This document shows positions 37,401 to 51,400 of a stretch of DNA of 64,000 nucleotides, in pieces. A program made the translations under genes and the position numbers. The first letter of the stretch is position 1, and every line of letters starts with the position of its first letter. A model generated the notes under the pieces. It was not told the DNA's origin. It saw nothing but the letters and a program-made list of their open reading frames with translations, and ran no database searches. This DNA comes from the human T2T-CHM13v2.0 reference genome, Homo sapiens: the NCBI RefSeq assembly GCF_009914755.1, contig NC_060931.1; one strand, written 5' to 3'.

Positions 37401-40400
37401 TTGCAAGTGGAGATTTCAAGCGATTTGATGCCAACAGTAGAAAAGGAAATATCTTCAAATAAAAACTAGACAGAATCATTCTCAGAAACTACTTTGTGAT
37501 GTGTGCCTTCAACTCACAGAGTTTAACCTTTCTTTTCTTAGAGCAGTTTAGAAACACTCTGCTTGTTATGTCTGCAAGTGGATATTTGGACCTCTTTGAG
37601 GCCTTCGTTGCAAACGGGGTTTCTTCCTTTCATGCTAGACTAAGAAGAGTTCTCAGTAACTTTTTTGTGTTGTGTGTATTCAACTCACAGAGTTGAACCT
37701 TGCTTTAGAGAGAGCAGATTTGAAACACTCTCGCTGTGGCATTTTCAGGTGGAGATTTCAAGCGATTTGAGGACAATTGCAGAAAAGGAAATATCTTCGT
37801 ATAATAACCAGACAGAATCATTCTCAGAAAGTGCTTTGTGATGTGTGCGTTCAACTCACAGAGTTTAACCTTTCTTTTCATAGAGGAGTTTGGAAACACA
37901 CTGTTTGTAAAGTCTGCAAGTGGATATATGGACCTGTTTGAGGCCTTCGTTGGAAACGGGATTTCTTCATTGAATGCTAGACGGAAGAATTCTCAGTAAA
38001 TTCTTTGTGTTGTGTGCATTCAACTCACAGAGTGGAACGTCCCTTTAGACAGAGCAGATTTGAAACACTCTTTTTGCGGAATTTGCAAGTGGAGATTTCT
38101 AGCCATTTGATGCCAACAGTAGAAAGGGAAATATCTTCAAATAAAAACCAGACAGAATCATTCTCAGAAAATTCTTTGTGATGTGTGCGTTCAACTCACA
38201 TAGTTTAACCTTTCTTTTCATAGAGCAGTTTGGAAACACTCTGTTTGTAAAGTCTGCAAGTGGATATATGGACCGCATTGAGGCCTTCGTTGGAAACGGG
38301 ATTTCTTCATTTCATGCTAGACAGAAGAATTCTCAGTAACTTCTTTGTGCTGTGTGTATTCAACTCACAGAGTGGAACGTCCCTTTGCAGAGAGCAGATT
38401 TGAAACACTCTTTTTGTGGAGTTTGCAAGTGGAGATTTCAAGCGATTTGATGCCAACAGTAGAAAAGGAAATATCTTCAAATAAAAACTAGACAGAATCA
38501 TTCTCAGAAACTACTTTGTGATGTGTGCCTTCAACTCACAGAGTTTAACCTTTCTTTTCTTAGAGCAGTTTAGAAACACTCTGCTTGTTACGTCTGCAAG
38601 TGGATATTTGGACCTCTTTGAGGCCTTCGTTGCAAACGGGGTTTCTTCCTTTCATGCTAGACTAAGAAGAGTTCTCAGTAACTTTTTTGTGTTGTGTGTA
38701 TTCAACTCACAGAGTTGAACCTTGCTTTAGAGAGAGCAGATTTGAAACACTCTTGCTGTGGCATTTTCAGGTGGAGATTTCAAGCGATTTGAGGACAATT
38801 GCAGAAAAGGAAATATCTTCGTATAATAACCAGACAGAATCATTCTCAGAAAGTGCTTTGTGATGTGTGCGTTCAACTCACAGAGTTTAACCTTTCTTTT
38901 CATAGAGGAGTTTGGAAACACACTGTTTGTAAAGTCTGCAAGTGGATATATGGACCTGTTTGAGGCCTTCGTTGGAAACGGGATTTCTTCATTGAATGCT
39001 AGACGGAAGAATTCTCAGTAAATTCTTTGTGTTGTGTGCATTCAACTCACAGAGTGGAACGTCCCTTTAGACAGAGCAGATTTGAAACACTCTTTTTGCG
39101 GAATTTGCAAGTGGAGATTTCTAGCCATTTGATGCCAACAGTAGAAAGGGAAATATCTTCAAATAAAAACCAGACAGAATCATTCTCAGAAAATTCTTTG
39201 TGATGTGTGCGTTCAACTCACATAGTTTAACCTTTCTTTTCATAGAGCAGTTTGGAAACACTCTGTTTGTAAAGTCTGCAAGTGGATATATGGACCGCAT
39301 TGAGGCCTTCGTTGGAAACGGGATTTCTTCATTTCATGCTAGACAGAAGAATTCTCAGTAACTTCTTTGTGCTGTGTGTATTCAACTCACAGAGTGGAAC
39401 GTCCCTTTGCACAGAGCAGATTTGAAACACTCTTTTTGTGGAGTTTGCAAGTGGAGATTTCAAGCGATTTGATGCCAACAGTAGAAAAGGAAATATCTTC
39501 AAATAAAAACTAGACAGAATCATTCTCAGAAACTACTTTGTGATGTGTGCCTTCAACTCACAGAGTTTAACCTTTCTTTTCTTAGAGCAGTTTAGAAACA
39601 CTCTGCTTGTTACGTCTGCAAGTGGATATTTGGACCTCTTTGAGGCCTTCGTTGCAAACGGGGTTTCTTCCTTTCATGCTAGACTAAGAAGAGTTCTCAG
39701 TAACTTTTTTGTGTTGTGTGTATTCAACTCACAGAGTTGAACCTTGCTTTAGAGAGAGCAGATTTGAAACACTCTTGCTGTGGCATTTTCAGGTGGAGAT
39801 TTCAAGCGATTTGAGGACAATTGCAGAAAAGGAAATATCTTCGTATAATAACCAGACAGAATCATTCTCAGAAAGTGCTTTGTGATGTGTGCGTTCAACT
39901 CACAGAGTTTAACCTTTCTTTTCATAGAGGAGTTTGGAAACACACTGTTTGTAAAGTCTGCAAGTGGATACATGGACCTGTTTGAGGCCTTCGTTGGAAA
40001 CGGGATTTCTTCATTGAATGCTAGACGGAAGAATTCTCAGTAAATTCTTTGTGTTGTGTGCATTCAACTCACAGAGTGGAACGTCCCTTTAGACAGAGCA
40101 GATTTGAAACACTCTTTTTGCGGAATTTGCAAGTGGAGATTTCTAGCCATTTGATGCCAACAGTAGAAAGGGAAATATCTTCAAATAAAAACCAGACAGA
40201 ATCATTCTCAGAAAATTCTTTGTGATGTGTGCGTTCAACTCACATAGTTTAACCTTTCTTTTCATAGAGCAGTTTGGAAACACTCTGTTTGTAAAGTCTG
40301 CAAGTGGATATATGGACCGCATTGAGGCCTTCGTTGGAAACGGGATTTCTTCATTTCATGCTAGACAGAAGAATTCTCAGTAACTTCTTTGTGCTGTGTG

Positions 40401-43400
40401 TATTCAACTCACAGAGTGGAACGTCCCTTTGCACAGAGCAGATTTGAAACACTCTTTTTGTGGAGTTTGCAAGTGGAGATTTCAAGCGATTTGATGCCAA
40501 CAGTAGAAAAGGAAATATCTTCAAATAAAAACTAGACAGAATCATTCTCAGAAACTACTTTGTGATGTGTGCCTTCAACTCACAGAGTTTAACCTTTCTT
40601 TTCTTAGAGCAGTTTAGAAACACTCTGCTTGTTACGTCTGCAAGTGGATATTTGGACCTCTTTGAGGCCTTCGTTGCAAACGGGGTTTCTTCCTTTCATG
40701 CTAGACTAAGAAGAGTTCTCAGTAACTTTTTTGTGTTGTGTGTATTCAACTCACAGAGTTGAACCTTGCTTTAGAGAGAGCAGATTTGAAACACTCTTGC
40801 TGTGGCATTTTCAGGTGGAGATTTCAAGCGATTTGAGGACAATTGCAGAAAAGGAAATATCTTCGTATAATAACCAGACAGAATCATTCTCAGAAAGTGC
40901 TTTGTGATGTGTGCGTTCAACTCACAGAGTTTAACCTTTCTTTTCATAGAGGAGTTTGGAAACACACTGTTTGTAAAGTCTGCAAGTGGATACATGGACC
41001 TGTTTGAGGCCTTCGTTGGAAACGGGATTTCTTCATTGAATGCTAGACGGAAGAATTCTCAGTAAATTCTTTGGGTTGTGTGCATTCAACTCACAGAGTG
41101 GAACGTCCCTTTAGACAGAGCAGATTTGAAACACTCTTTTTGCGGAATTTGCAAGTGGAGATTTCTAGCCATTTGATGCCAACAGTAGAAAGGGAAATAT
41201 CTTCAAATAAAAACCAGACAGAATCATTCTCAGAAAATTCTTTGTGATGTGTGCGTTCAACTCACATAGTTTAACCTTTCTTTTCATAGAGCAGTTTGGA
41301 AACACTCTGTTTGTAAAGTCTGCAAGTGGATATATGGAACTCTTTGAGGCCTTCGTTGGAAACGGGATTTCTTCATTTCATGCTAGACAGAAGAATTCTC
41401 AGTAACTTCTTTGTGCTGTGTGTATTCAACTCACAGAGTGGAACGTCCCTTTGCACAGAGCAGATTTGAAACACTCTTTTTGTGGAGTTTGCAAGTGGAG
41501 ATTTCAAGCGATTTGATGCCAACAGTAGAAAAGGAAATATCTTCAAATAAAAACTAGACAGAATCATTCTCAGAAACTACTTTGTGATGTGTGCCTTCAA
41601 CTCACAGAGTTTAACCTTTCTTTTCTTAGAGCAGTTTAGAAACACTCTGCTTGTTATGTCTGCAAGTGGATATTTGGACCTCTTTGAGGCCTTCGTTGCA
41701 AACGGGGTTTCTTCCTTTCATGCTAGACTAAGAAGAGTTCTCAGTAACTTTTTTGTGTTGTGTGTATTCAACTCACAGAGTTGAACCTTGCTTTAGAGAG
41801 AGCAGATTTGAAACACTCTCGCTGTGGAATTTTCAGGTGGAGATTTCAAGCGATTTGAGGACAATTGCAGAAAAGGAAATATCTTCGTATAATAACCAGA
41901 CAGAATCATTCTCAGAAAGTGCTTTGTGATGTGTGCGTTCAACTCACAGAGTTTAACCTTTCTTTTCATAGAGGAGTTTGGAAACACACTGTTTGTAAAG
42001 TCTGCAAGTGGATACATGGACCTGTTTGAGGCCTTCGTTGGAAACGGGATTTCTTCATTGAATGCTAGACGGAAGAATTCTCAGTAAATTCTTTGTGTTG
42101 TGTGCATTCAACTCACAGAGTGGAACGTCCCTTTAGACAGAGCAGATTTGAAACACTCTTTTTGCGGAATTTGCAAGTGGAGATTTCTAGCCATTTGATG
42201 CCAACAGTAGAAAGGGAAATATCTTCAAATAAAAACCAGACAGAATCATTCTCAGAAAATTCTTTGTGATGTGTGCGTTCAACTCACATAGTTTAACCTT
42301 TCTTTTCATAGAGCAGTTTGGAAACACTCTGTTTGTAAAGTCTGCAAGTGGATATATGGACCGCATTGAGGCCTTCGTTGGAAACGGGATTTCTTCATTT
42401 CATGCTAGACAGAAGAATTCTCAGTAACTTCTTTGTGCTGTGTGTATTCAACTCACAGAGTGGAACGTCCCTTTGCACAGAGCAGATTTGAAACACTCTT
42501 TTTGTGGAGTTTGCAAGTGGAGATTTCAAGCGATTTGATGCCAACAGTAGAAAAGGAAATATCTTCAAATAAAAACTAGACAGAATCATTCTCAGAAACT
42601 ACTTTGTGATGTGTGCCTTCAACTCACAGAGTTTAACCTTTCTTTTCTTAGAGCAGTTTAGAAACACTCTGCTTGTTATGTCTGCAAGTGGATATTTGGA
42701 CCTCTTTGAGGCCTTCGTTGCAAACGGGGTTTCCTCCTTTCATGCTAGACTAAGAAGAGTTCTCAGTAACTTTTTTGTGTTGTGTGTATTCAACTCACAG
42801 ATTTGAACCTTGCTTTAGAGAGAGCAGATTTGAAACACTCTTGCTGTGGCATTTTCAGGTGGAGATTTCAAGCGATTTGAGGACAATTGCAGAAAAGGAA
42901 ATATCTTCGTATAATAACCAGACAGAATCATTCTCAGAAAGTGCTTTGTGATGTGTGCGTTCAACTCACAGAGTTTAACCTTTCTTTTCATAGAGGAGTT
43001 TGGAAACACACTGTTTGTAAAGTCTGCAAGTGGATATATGGACCTGTTTGAGGCCTTCGTTGGAAACGGGATTTCTTCATTGAATGCTAGACGGAAGAAT
43101 TCTCAGTAAATTCTTTGTGTTGTGTGCATTCAACTCACAGAGTGGAACGTCCCTTTAGACAGAGCAGATTTGAAACACTCTTTTTGCGGAATTTGCAAGT
43201 GGAGATTTCTAGCCATTTGATGCCAACAGTAGAAAGGGAAATATCTTCAAATAAAAACCAGACAGAATCATTCTCAGAAAATTCTTTGTGATGTGTGCGT
43301 TCAACTCACATAGTTTAACCTTTCTTTTCATAGAGCAGTTTGGAAACACTCTGTTTGTAAAGTCTGCAAGTGGATATATGGACCGCATTGAGGCCTTCGT

Positions 43401-45431
43401 CGGAAACGGGATTTCTTCATTTCATGCTAGACAGAAGAATTCTCAGTAACTTCTTTGTGCTGTGTGTATTCAACTCACAGAGTGGAACGTCCCTTTGCAC
43501 AGAGCAGATTTGAAACACTCTTTTTGTGGAGTTTGCAAGTGGAGATTTCAAGCGATTTGATGCCAACAGTAGAAAAGGAAATATCTTCAAATAAAAACTA
43601 GACAGAATCATTCTCAGAAACTACTTTGTGATGTGTGCCTTCAACTCACAGAGTTTAACCTTTCTTTTCTTAGAGCAGTTTAGAAACACTCTGCTTGTTA
43701 CGTCTGCAAGTGGATATTTGGACCTCTTTGAGGCCTTCGTTGCAAACGGGGTTTCTTCCTTTCATGCTAGACTAAGAAGAGTTCTCAGTAACTTTTTTGT
43801 GTTGTGTGTATTCAACTCACAGAGTTGAACCTTGCTTTAGAGAGAGCAGATTTGAAACACTCTCGCTGTGGCATTTTCAGGTGGAGATTTCAAGCGATTT
43901 GAGGACAATTGCAGAAAAGGAAATATCTTCGTATAATAACCAGACAGAATCATTCTCAGAAAGTGCTTTGTGATGTGTGCGTTCAACTCACAGAGTTTAA
44001 CCTTTCTTTTCATAGAGGAGTTTGGAAACACACTGTTTGTAAAGTCTGCAAGTGGATACATGGACCTGTTTGAGGCCTTCGTTGGAAACGGGATTTCTTC
44101 ATTGAATGCTAGACGGAAGAATTCTCAGTAAATTCTTTGTGTTGTGTGCATTCAACTCACAGAGTGGAACGTCCCTTTAGACAGAGCAGATTTGAAACAC
44201 TCTTTTTGCGGAATTTGCAAGTGGAGATTTCTAGCCATTTGATGCCAACAGTAGAAAGGGAAATATCTTCAAATAAAAACCAGACAGAATCATTCTCAGA
44301 AAATTCTTTGTGATGTGTGCGTTCAACTCACATAGTTTAACCTTTCTTTTCATAGAGCAGTTTGGAAACACTCTGTTTGTAAAGTCTGCAAGTGGATATA
44401 TGGACCGCATTGAGGCCTTCGTTGGAAACGGGATTTCTTCATTTCATGCTAGACAGAAGAATTCTCAGTAACTTCTTTGTGCTGTGTGTATTCAACTCAC
44501 AGAGTGGAACGTCCCTTTGCACAGAGCAGATTTGAAACACTCTTTTTGTGGAGTTTGCAAGTGGAGATTTCAAGCGATTTGATGCCAACAGTAGAAAAGG
44601 AAATATCTTCAAATAAAAACTAGACAGAATCATTCTCAGAAACTACTTTGTGATGTGTGCCTTCAACTCACAGAGTTTAACCTTTCTTTTCTTAGAGCAG
44701 TTTAGAAACACTCTGCTTGTTCCGTCTGCAAGTGGATATTTGGACCTCTTTGAGGCCTTCGTTGCAAACGGGGTTTCTTCCTTTCATGCTAGACTAAGAA
44801 GAGTTCTCAGTAACTTTTTTGTGTTGTGTGTATTCAACTCACAGAGTTGAACCTTGCTTTAGAGAGAGCAGATTTGAAACACTCTTGCTGTGGCATTTTC
44901 AGGTGGAGATTTCAAGCGATTTGAGGACAATTGCAGAAAAGGAAATATCTTCGTATAATAACCAGACAGAATCATTCTCAGAAAGTGCTTTGTGATGTGT
45001 GCGTTCAACTCACAGAGTTTAACCTTTCTTTTCATAGAGGAGTTTGGAAACACACTGTTTGTAAAGTCTGCAAGTGGATACATGGACCTGTTTGAGGCCT
45101 TCGTTGGAAACGGGATTTCTTCATTGAATGCTAGACGGAAGAATTCTCAGTAAATTCTTTGGGTTGTGTGCATTCAACTCACAGAGTGGAACGTCCCTTT
45201 AGACAGAGCAGATTTGAAACACTCTTTTTGCGGAATTTGCAAGTGGAGATTTCTAGCCATTTGATGCCAACAGTAGAAAGGGAAATATCTTCAAATAAAA
45301 ACCAGACAGAATCATTCTCAGAAAATTCTTTGTGATGTGTGCGTTCAACTCACATAGTTTAACCTTTCTTTTCATAGAGCAGTTTGGAAACACTCTGTTT
45401 GTAAAGTCTGCAAGTGGATATATGGAACTCT

Positions 45432-48400
45432 TTGAGGCCTTCGTTGGAAACGGGATTTCTTCATTTCATGCTAGACAGAAGAATTCTCAGTAACTTCTTT
45501 GTGCTGTGTGTATTCAACTCACAGAGTGGAACGTCCCTTTGCACAGAGCAGATTTGAAACACTCTTTTTGTGGAGTTTGCAAGTGGAGATTTCAAGCGAT
45601 TTGATGCCAACAGTAGAAAAGGAAATATCTTCAAATAAAAACTAGACAGAATCATTCTCAGAAACTACTTTGTGATGTGTGCCTTCAACTCACAGAGTTT
45701 AACCTTTCTTTTCTTAGAGCAGTTTAGAAACACTCTGCTTGTTATGTCTGCAAGTGGATATTTGGACCTCTTTGAGGCCTTCGTTGCAAACGGGGTTTCT
45801 TCCTTTCATGCTAGACTAAGAAGAGTTCTCAGTAACTTTTTTGTGTTGTGTGTATTCAACTCACAGAGTTGAACCTTGCTTTAGAGAGAGCAGATTTGAA
45901 ACACTCTCGCTGTGGAATTTTCAGGTGGAGATTTCAAGCGATTTGAGGACAATTGCAGAAAAGGAAATATCTTCGTATAATAACCAGACAGAATCATTCT
46001 CAGAAAGTGCTTTGTGATGTGTGCGTTCAACTCACAGAGTTTAACCTTTCTTTTCATAGAGGAGTTTGGAAACACACTGTTTGTAAAGTCTGCAAGTGGA
46101 TACATGGACCTGTTTGAGGCCTTCGTTGGAAACGGGATTTCTTCATTGAATGCTAGACGGAAGAATTCTCAGTAAATTCTTTGTGTTGTGTGCATTCAAC
46201 TCACAGAGTGGAACGTCCCTTTAGACAGAGCAGATTTGAAACACTCTTTTTGCGGAATTTGCAAGTGGAGATTTCTAGCCATTTGATGCCAACAGTAGAA
46301 AGGGAAATATCTTCAAATAAAAACCAGACAGAATCATTCTCAGAAAATTCTTTGTGATGTGTGCGTTGAACTCACATAGTTTAACCTTTCTTTTCATAGA
46401 GCAGTTTGGAAACACTCTGTTTGTAAAGTCTGCAAGTGGATATATGGACCGCATTGAGGCCTTCGTTGGAAACGGGATTTCTTCATTTCATGCTAGACAG
46501 AAGAATTCTCAGTAACTTCTTTGTGCTGTGTGTATTCAACTCACAGAGTGGAACGTCCCTTTGCACAGAGCAGATTTGAAACACTCTTTTTGTGGAGTTT
46601 GCAAGTGGAGATTTCAAGCGATTTGATGCCAACAGTAGAAAAGGAAATATCTTCAAATAAAAACTAGACAGAATCATTCTCAGAAACTACTTTGTGATGT
46701 GTGCCTTCAACTCACAGAGTTTAACCTTTCTTTTCTTAGAGCAGTTTAGAAACACTCTGCTTGTTACGTCTGCAAGTGGATATTTGGACCTCTTTGAGGC
46801 CTTCGTTGCAAACGGGGTTTCTTCCTTTCATGCTAGACTAAGAAGAGTTCTCAGTAACTTTTTTGTGTTGTGTGTATTCAACTCACAGAGTTGAACCTTG
46901 CTTTAGAGAGAGCAGATTTGAAACACTCTTGCTGTGGCATTTTCAGGTGGAGATTTCAAGCGATTTGAGGACAATTGCAGAAAAGGAAATATCTTCGTAT
47001 AATAACCAGACAGAATCATTCTCAGAAAGTGCTTTGTGATGTGTGCGTTCAACTCACAGAGTTTAACCTTTCTTTTCATAGAGGAGTTTGGAAACACACT
47101 GTTTGTAAAGTCTGCAAGTGGATACATGGACCTGTTTGAGGCCTTCGTTGGAAACGGGATTTCTTCATTGAATGCTAGACGGAAGAATTCTCAGTAAATT
47201 CTTTGTGTTGTGTGCATTCAACTCACAGAGTGGAACGTCCCTTTAGACAGAGCAGATTTGAAACACTCTTTTTGCGGAATTTGCAAGTGGAGATTTCTAG
47301 CCATTTGATGCCAACAGTAGAAAGGGAAATATCTTCAAATAAAAACCAGACAGAATCATTCTCAGAAAATTCTTTGTGATGTGTGCGTTCAACTCACATA
47401 GTTTAACCTTTCTTTTCATAGAGCAGTTTGGAAACACTCTGTTTGTAAAGTCTGCAAGTGGATATATGGACCGCATTGAGGCCTTCGTTGGAAACGGGAT
47501 TTCTTCATTTCATGCTAGACAGAAGAATTCTCAGTAACTTCTTTGTGCTGTGTGTATTCAACTCACAGAGTGGAACGTCCCTTTGCACAGAGCAGATTTG
47601 AAACACTCTTTTTGTGGAGTTTGCAAGTGGAGATTTCAAGCGATTTGATGCCAACAGTAGAAAAGGAAATATCTTCAAATAAAAACTAGACAGAATCATT
47701 CTCAGAAACTACTTTGTGATGTGTGCCTTCAACTCACAGAGTTTAACCTTTCTTTTCTTAGAGCAGTTTAGAAACACTCTGCTTGTTACGTCTGCAAGTG
47801 GATATTTGGACCTCTTTGAGGCCTTCGTTGCAAACGGGGTTTCTTCCTTTCATGCTAGACTAAGAAGAGTTCTCAGTAACTTTTTTGTGTTGTGTGTATT
47901 CAACTCACAGAGTTGAACCTTGCTTTAGAGAGAGCAGATTTGAAACACTCTTGCTGTGGCATTTTCAGGTGGAGATTTCAAGCGATTTGAGGACAATTGC
48001 AGAAAAGGAAATATCTTCGTATAATAACCAGACAGAATCATTCTCAGAAAGTGCTTTGTGATGTGTGCGTTCAACTCACAGAGTTTAACATTTCTTTTCA
48101 TAGAGGAGTTTGGAAACACACTGTTTGTAAAGTCTGCAAGTGGATACATGGACCTGTTTGAGGCCTTCGTTGGAAACGGGATTTCTTCATTGAATGCTAG
48201 ACGGAAGAATTCTCAGTAAATTCTTTGGGTTGTGTGCATTCAACTCACAGAGTGGAACGTCCCTTTAGACAGAGCAGATTTGAAACACTCTTTCTGCGGA
48301 ATTTGCAAGTGGAGATTTCTAGCCATTTGATGCCAACAGTAGAAAGGGAAATATCTTCAAATAAAAACCAGACAGAATCATTCTCAGAAAATTCTTTGTG

Positions 48401-51400
48401 ATGTGTGCGTTCAACTCACATAGTTTAACCTTTCTTTTCATAGAGCAGTTTGGAAACACTCTGTTTGTAAAGTCTGCAAGTGGATATATGGAACTCTTTG
48501 AGGCCTTCGTTGGAAACGGGATTTCTTCATTTCATGCTAGACAGAAGAATTCTCAGTAACTTCTTTGTGCTGTGTGTATTCAACTCACAGAGTGGAACGT
48601 CCCTTTGCACAGAGCAGATTTGAAACACTCTTTTTGTGGAGTTTGCAAGTGGAGATTTCAAGCGATTTGATGCCAACAGTAGAAAAGGAAATATCTTCAA
48701 ATAAAAACTAGACAGAATCATTCTCAGAAACTACTTTGTGATGTGTGCCTTCAACTCACAGAGTTTAACCTTTCTTTTCTTAGAGCAGTTTAGAAACACT
48801 CTGCTTGTTATGTCTGCAAGTGGATATTTGGACCTCTTTGAGGCCTTCGTTGCAAACGGGGTTTCTTCCTTTCATGCTAGACTAAGAAGAGTTCTCAGTA
48901 ACTTTTTTGTGTTGTGTGTATTCAACTCACAGAGTTGAACCTTGCTTTAGAGAGAGCAGATTTGAAACACTCTCGCTGTGGAATTTTCAGGTGGAGATTT
49001 CAAGCGATTTGAGGACAATTGCAGAAAAGGAAATATCTTCGTATAATAACCAGACAGAATCATTCTCAGAAAGTGCTTTGTGATGTGTGCGTTCAACTCA
49101 CAGAGTTTAACCTTTCTTTTCATAGAGGAGTTTGGAAACACACTGTTTGTAAAGTCTGCAAGTGGATACATGGACCTGTTTGAGGCCTTCGTTGGAAACG
49201 GGATTTCTTCATTGAATGCTAGACGGAAGAATTCTCAGTAAATTCTTTGTGTTGTGTGCATTCAACTCACAGAGTGGAACGTCCCTTTAGACAGAGCAGA
49301 TTTGAAACACTCTTTTTGCGGAATTTGCAAGTGGAGATTTCTAGCCATTTGATGCCAACAGTAGAAAGGGAAATATCTTCAAATAAAAACCAGACAGAAT
49401 CATTCTCAGAAAATTCTTTGTGATGTGTGCGTTGAACTCACATAGTTTAACCTTTCTTTTCATAGAGCAGTTTGGAAACACTCTGTTTGTAAAGTCTGCA
49501 AGTGGATATATGGACCGCATTGAGGCCTTCGTTGGAAACGGGATTTCTTCATTTCATGCTAGACAGAAGAATTCTCAGTAACTTCTTTGTGCTGTGTGTA
49601 TTCAACTCACAGAGTGGAACGTCCCTTTGCACAGAGCAGATTTGAAACACTCTTTTTGTGGAGTTTGCAAGTGGAGATTTCAAGCGATTTGATGCCAACA
49701 GTAGAAAAGGAAATATCTTCAAATAAAAACTAGACAGAATCATTCTCAGAAACTACTTTGTGATGTGTGCCTTCAACTCACAGAGTTTAACCTTTCTTTT
49801 CTTAGAGCAGTTTAGAAACACTCTGCTTGTTATGTCTGCAAGTGGATATTTGGACCTCTTTGAGGCCTTCGTTGCAAACGGGGTTTCTTCCTTTCATGCT
49901 AGACTAAGAAGAGTTCTCAGTAACTTTTTTGTGTTGTGTGTATTCAACTCACAGAGTTGAACCTTGCTTTAGAGAGAGCAGATTTGAAACACTCTTGCTG
50001 TGGCATTTTCAGGTGGAGATTTCAAGCGATTTGAGGACAATTGCAGAAAAGGAAATATCTTCGTATAATAACCAGACAGAATCATTCTCAGAAAGTGCTT
50101 TGTGATGTGTGCGTTCAACTCACAGAGTTTAACCTTTCTTTTCATAGAGGAGTTTGGAAACACACTGTTTGTAAAGTCTGCAAGTGGATATATGGACCTG
50201 TTTGAGGCCTTCGTTGGAAACGGGATTTCTTCATTGAATGCTAGACGGAAGAATTCTCAGTAAATTCTTTGTGTTGTGTGCATTCAACTCACAGAGTGGA
50301 ACGTCCCTTTAGACAGAGCAGATTTGAAACACTCTTTTTGCGGAATTTGCAAGTGGAGATTTCTAGCCATTTGATGCCAACAGTAGAAAGGGAAATATCT
50401 TCAAATAAAAACCAGACAGAATCATTCTCAGAAAATTCTTTGTGATGTGTGCGTTCAACTCACATAGTTTAACCTTTCTTTTCATAGAGCAGTTTGGAAA
50501 CACTCTGTTTGTAAAGTCTGCAAGTGGATATATGGACCGCATTGAGGCCTTCGTTGGAAACGGGATTTCTTCATTTCATGCTAGACAGAAGAATTCTCAG
50601 TAACTTCTTTGTGCTGTGTGTATTCAACTCACAGAGTGGAACGTCCCTTTGCAGAGAGCAGATTTGAAACACTCTTTTTGTGGAGTTTGCAAGTGGAGAT
50701 TTCAAGCGATTTGATGCCAACAGTAGAAAAGGAAATATCTTCAAATAAAAACTAGACAGAATCATTCTCAGAAACTACTTTGTGATGTGTGCCTTCAACT
50801 CACAGAGTTTAACCTTTCTTTTCTTAGAGCAGTTTAGAAACACTCTGCTTGTTACGTCTGCAAGTGGATATTTGGACCTCTTTGAGGCCTTCGTTGCAAA
50901 CGGGGTTTCTTCCTTTCATGCTAGACTAAGAAGAGTTCTCAGTAACTTTTTTGTGTTGTGTGTATTCAACTCACAGAGTTGAACCTTGCTTTAGAGAGAG
51001 CAGATTTGAAACACTCTTGCTGTGGCATTTTCAGGTGGAGATTTCAAGCGATTTGAGGACAATTGCAGAAAAGGAAATATCTTCGTATAATAACCAGACA
51101 GAATCATTCTCAGAAAGTGCTTTGTGATGTGTGCGTTCAACTCACAGAGTTTAACCTTTCTTTTCATAGAGGAGTTTGGAAACACACTGTTTGTAAAGTC
51201 TGCAAGTGGATATATGGACCTGTTTGAGGCCTTCGTTGGAAACGGGATTTCTTCATTGAATGCTAGACGGAAGAATTCTCAGTAAATTCTTTGTGTTGTG
51301 TGCATTCAACTCACAGAGTGGAACGTCCCTTTAGACAGAGCAGATTTGAAACACTCTTTTTGCGGAATTTGCAAGTGGAGATTTCTAGCCATTTGATGCC

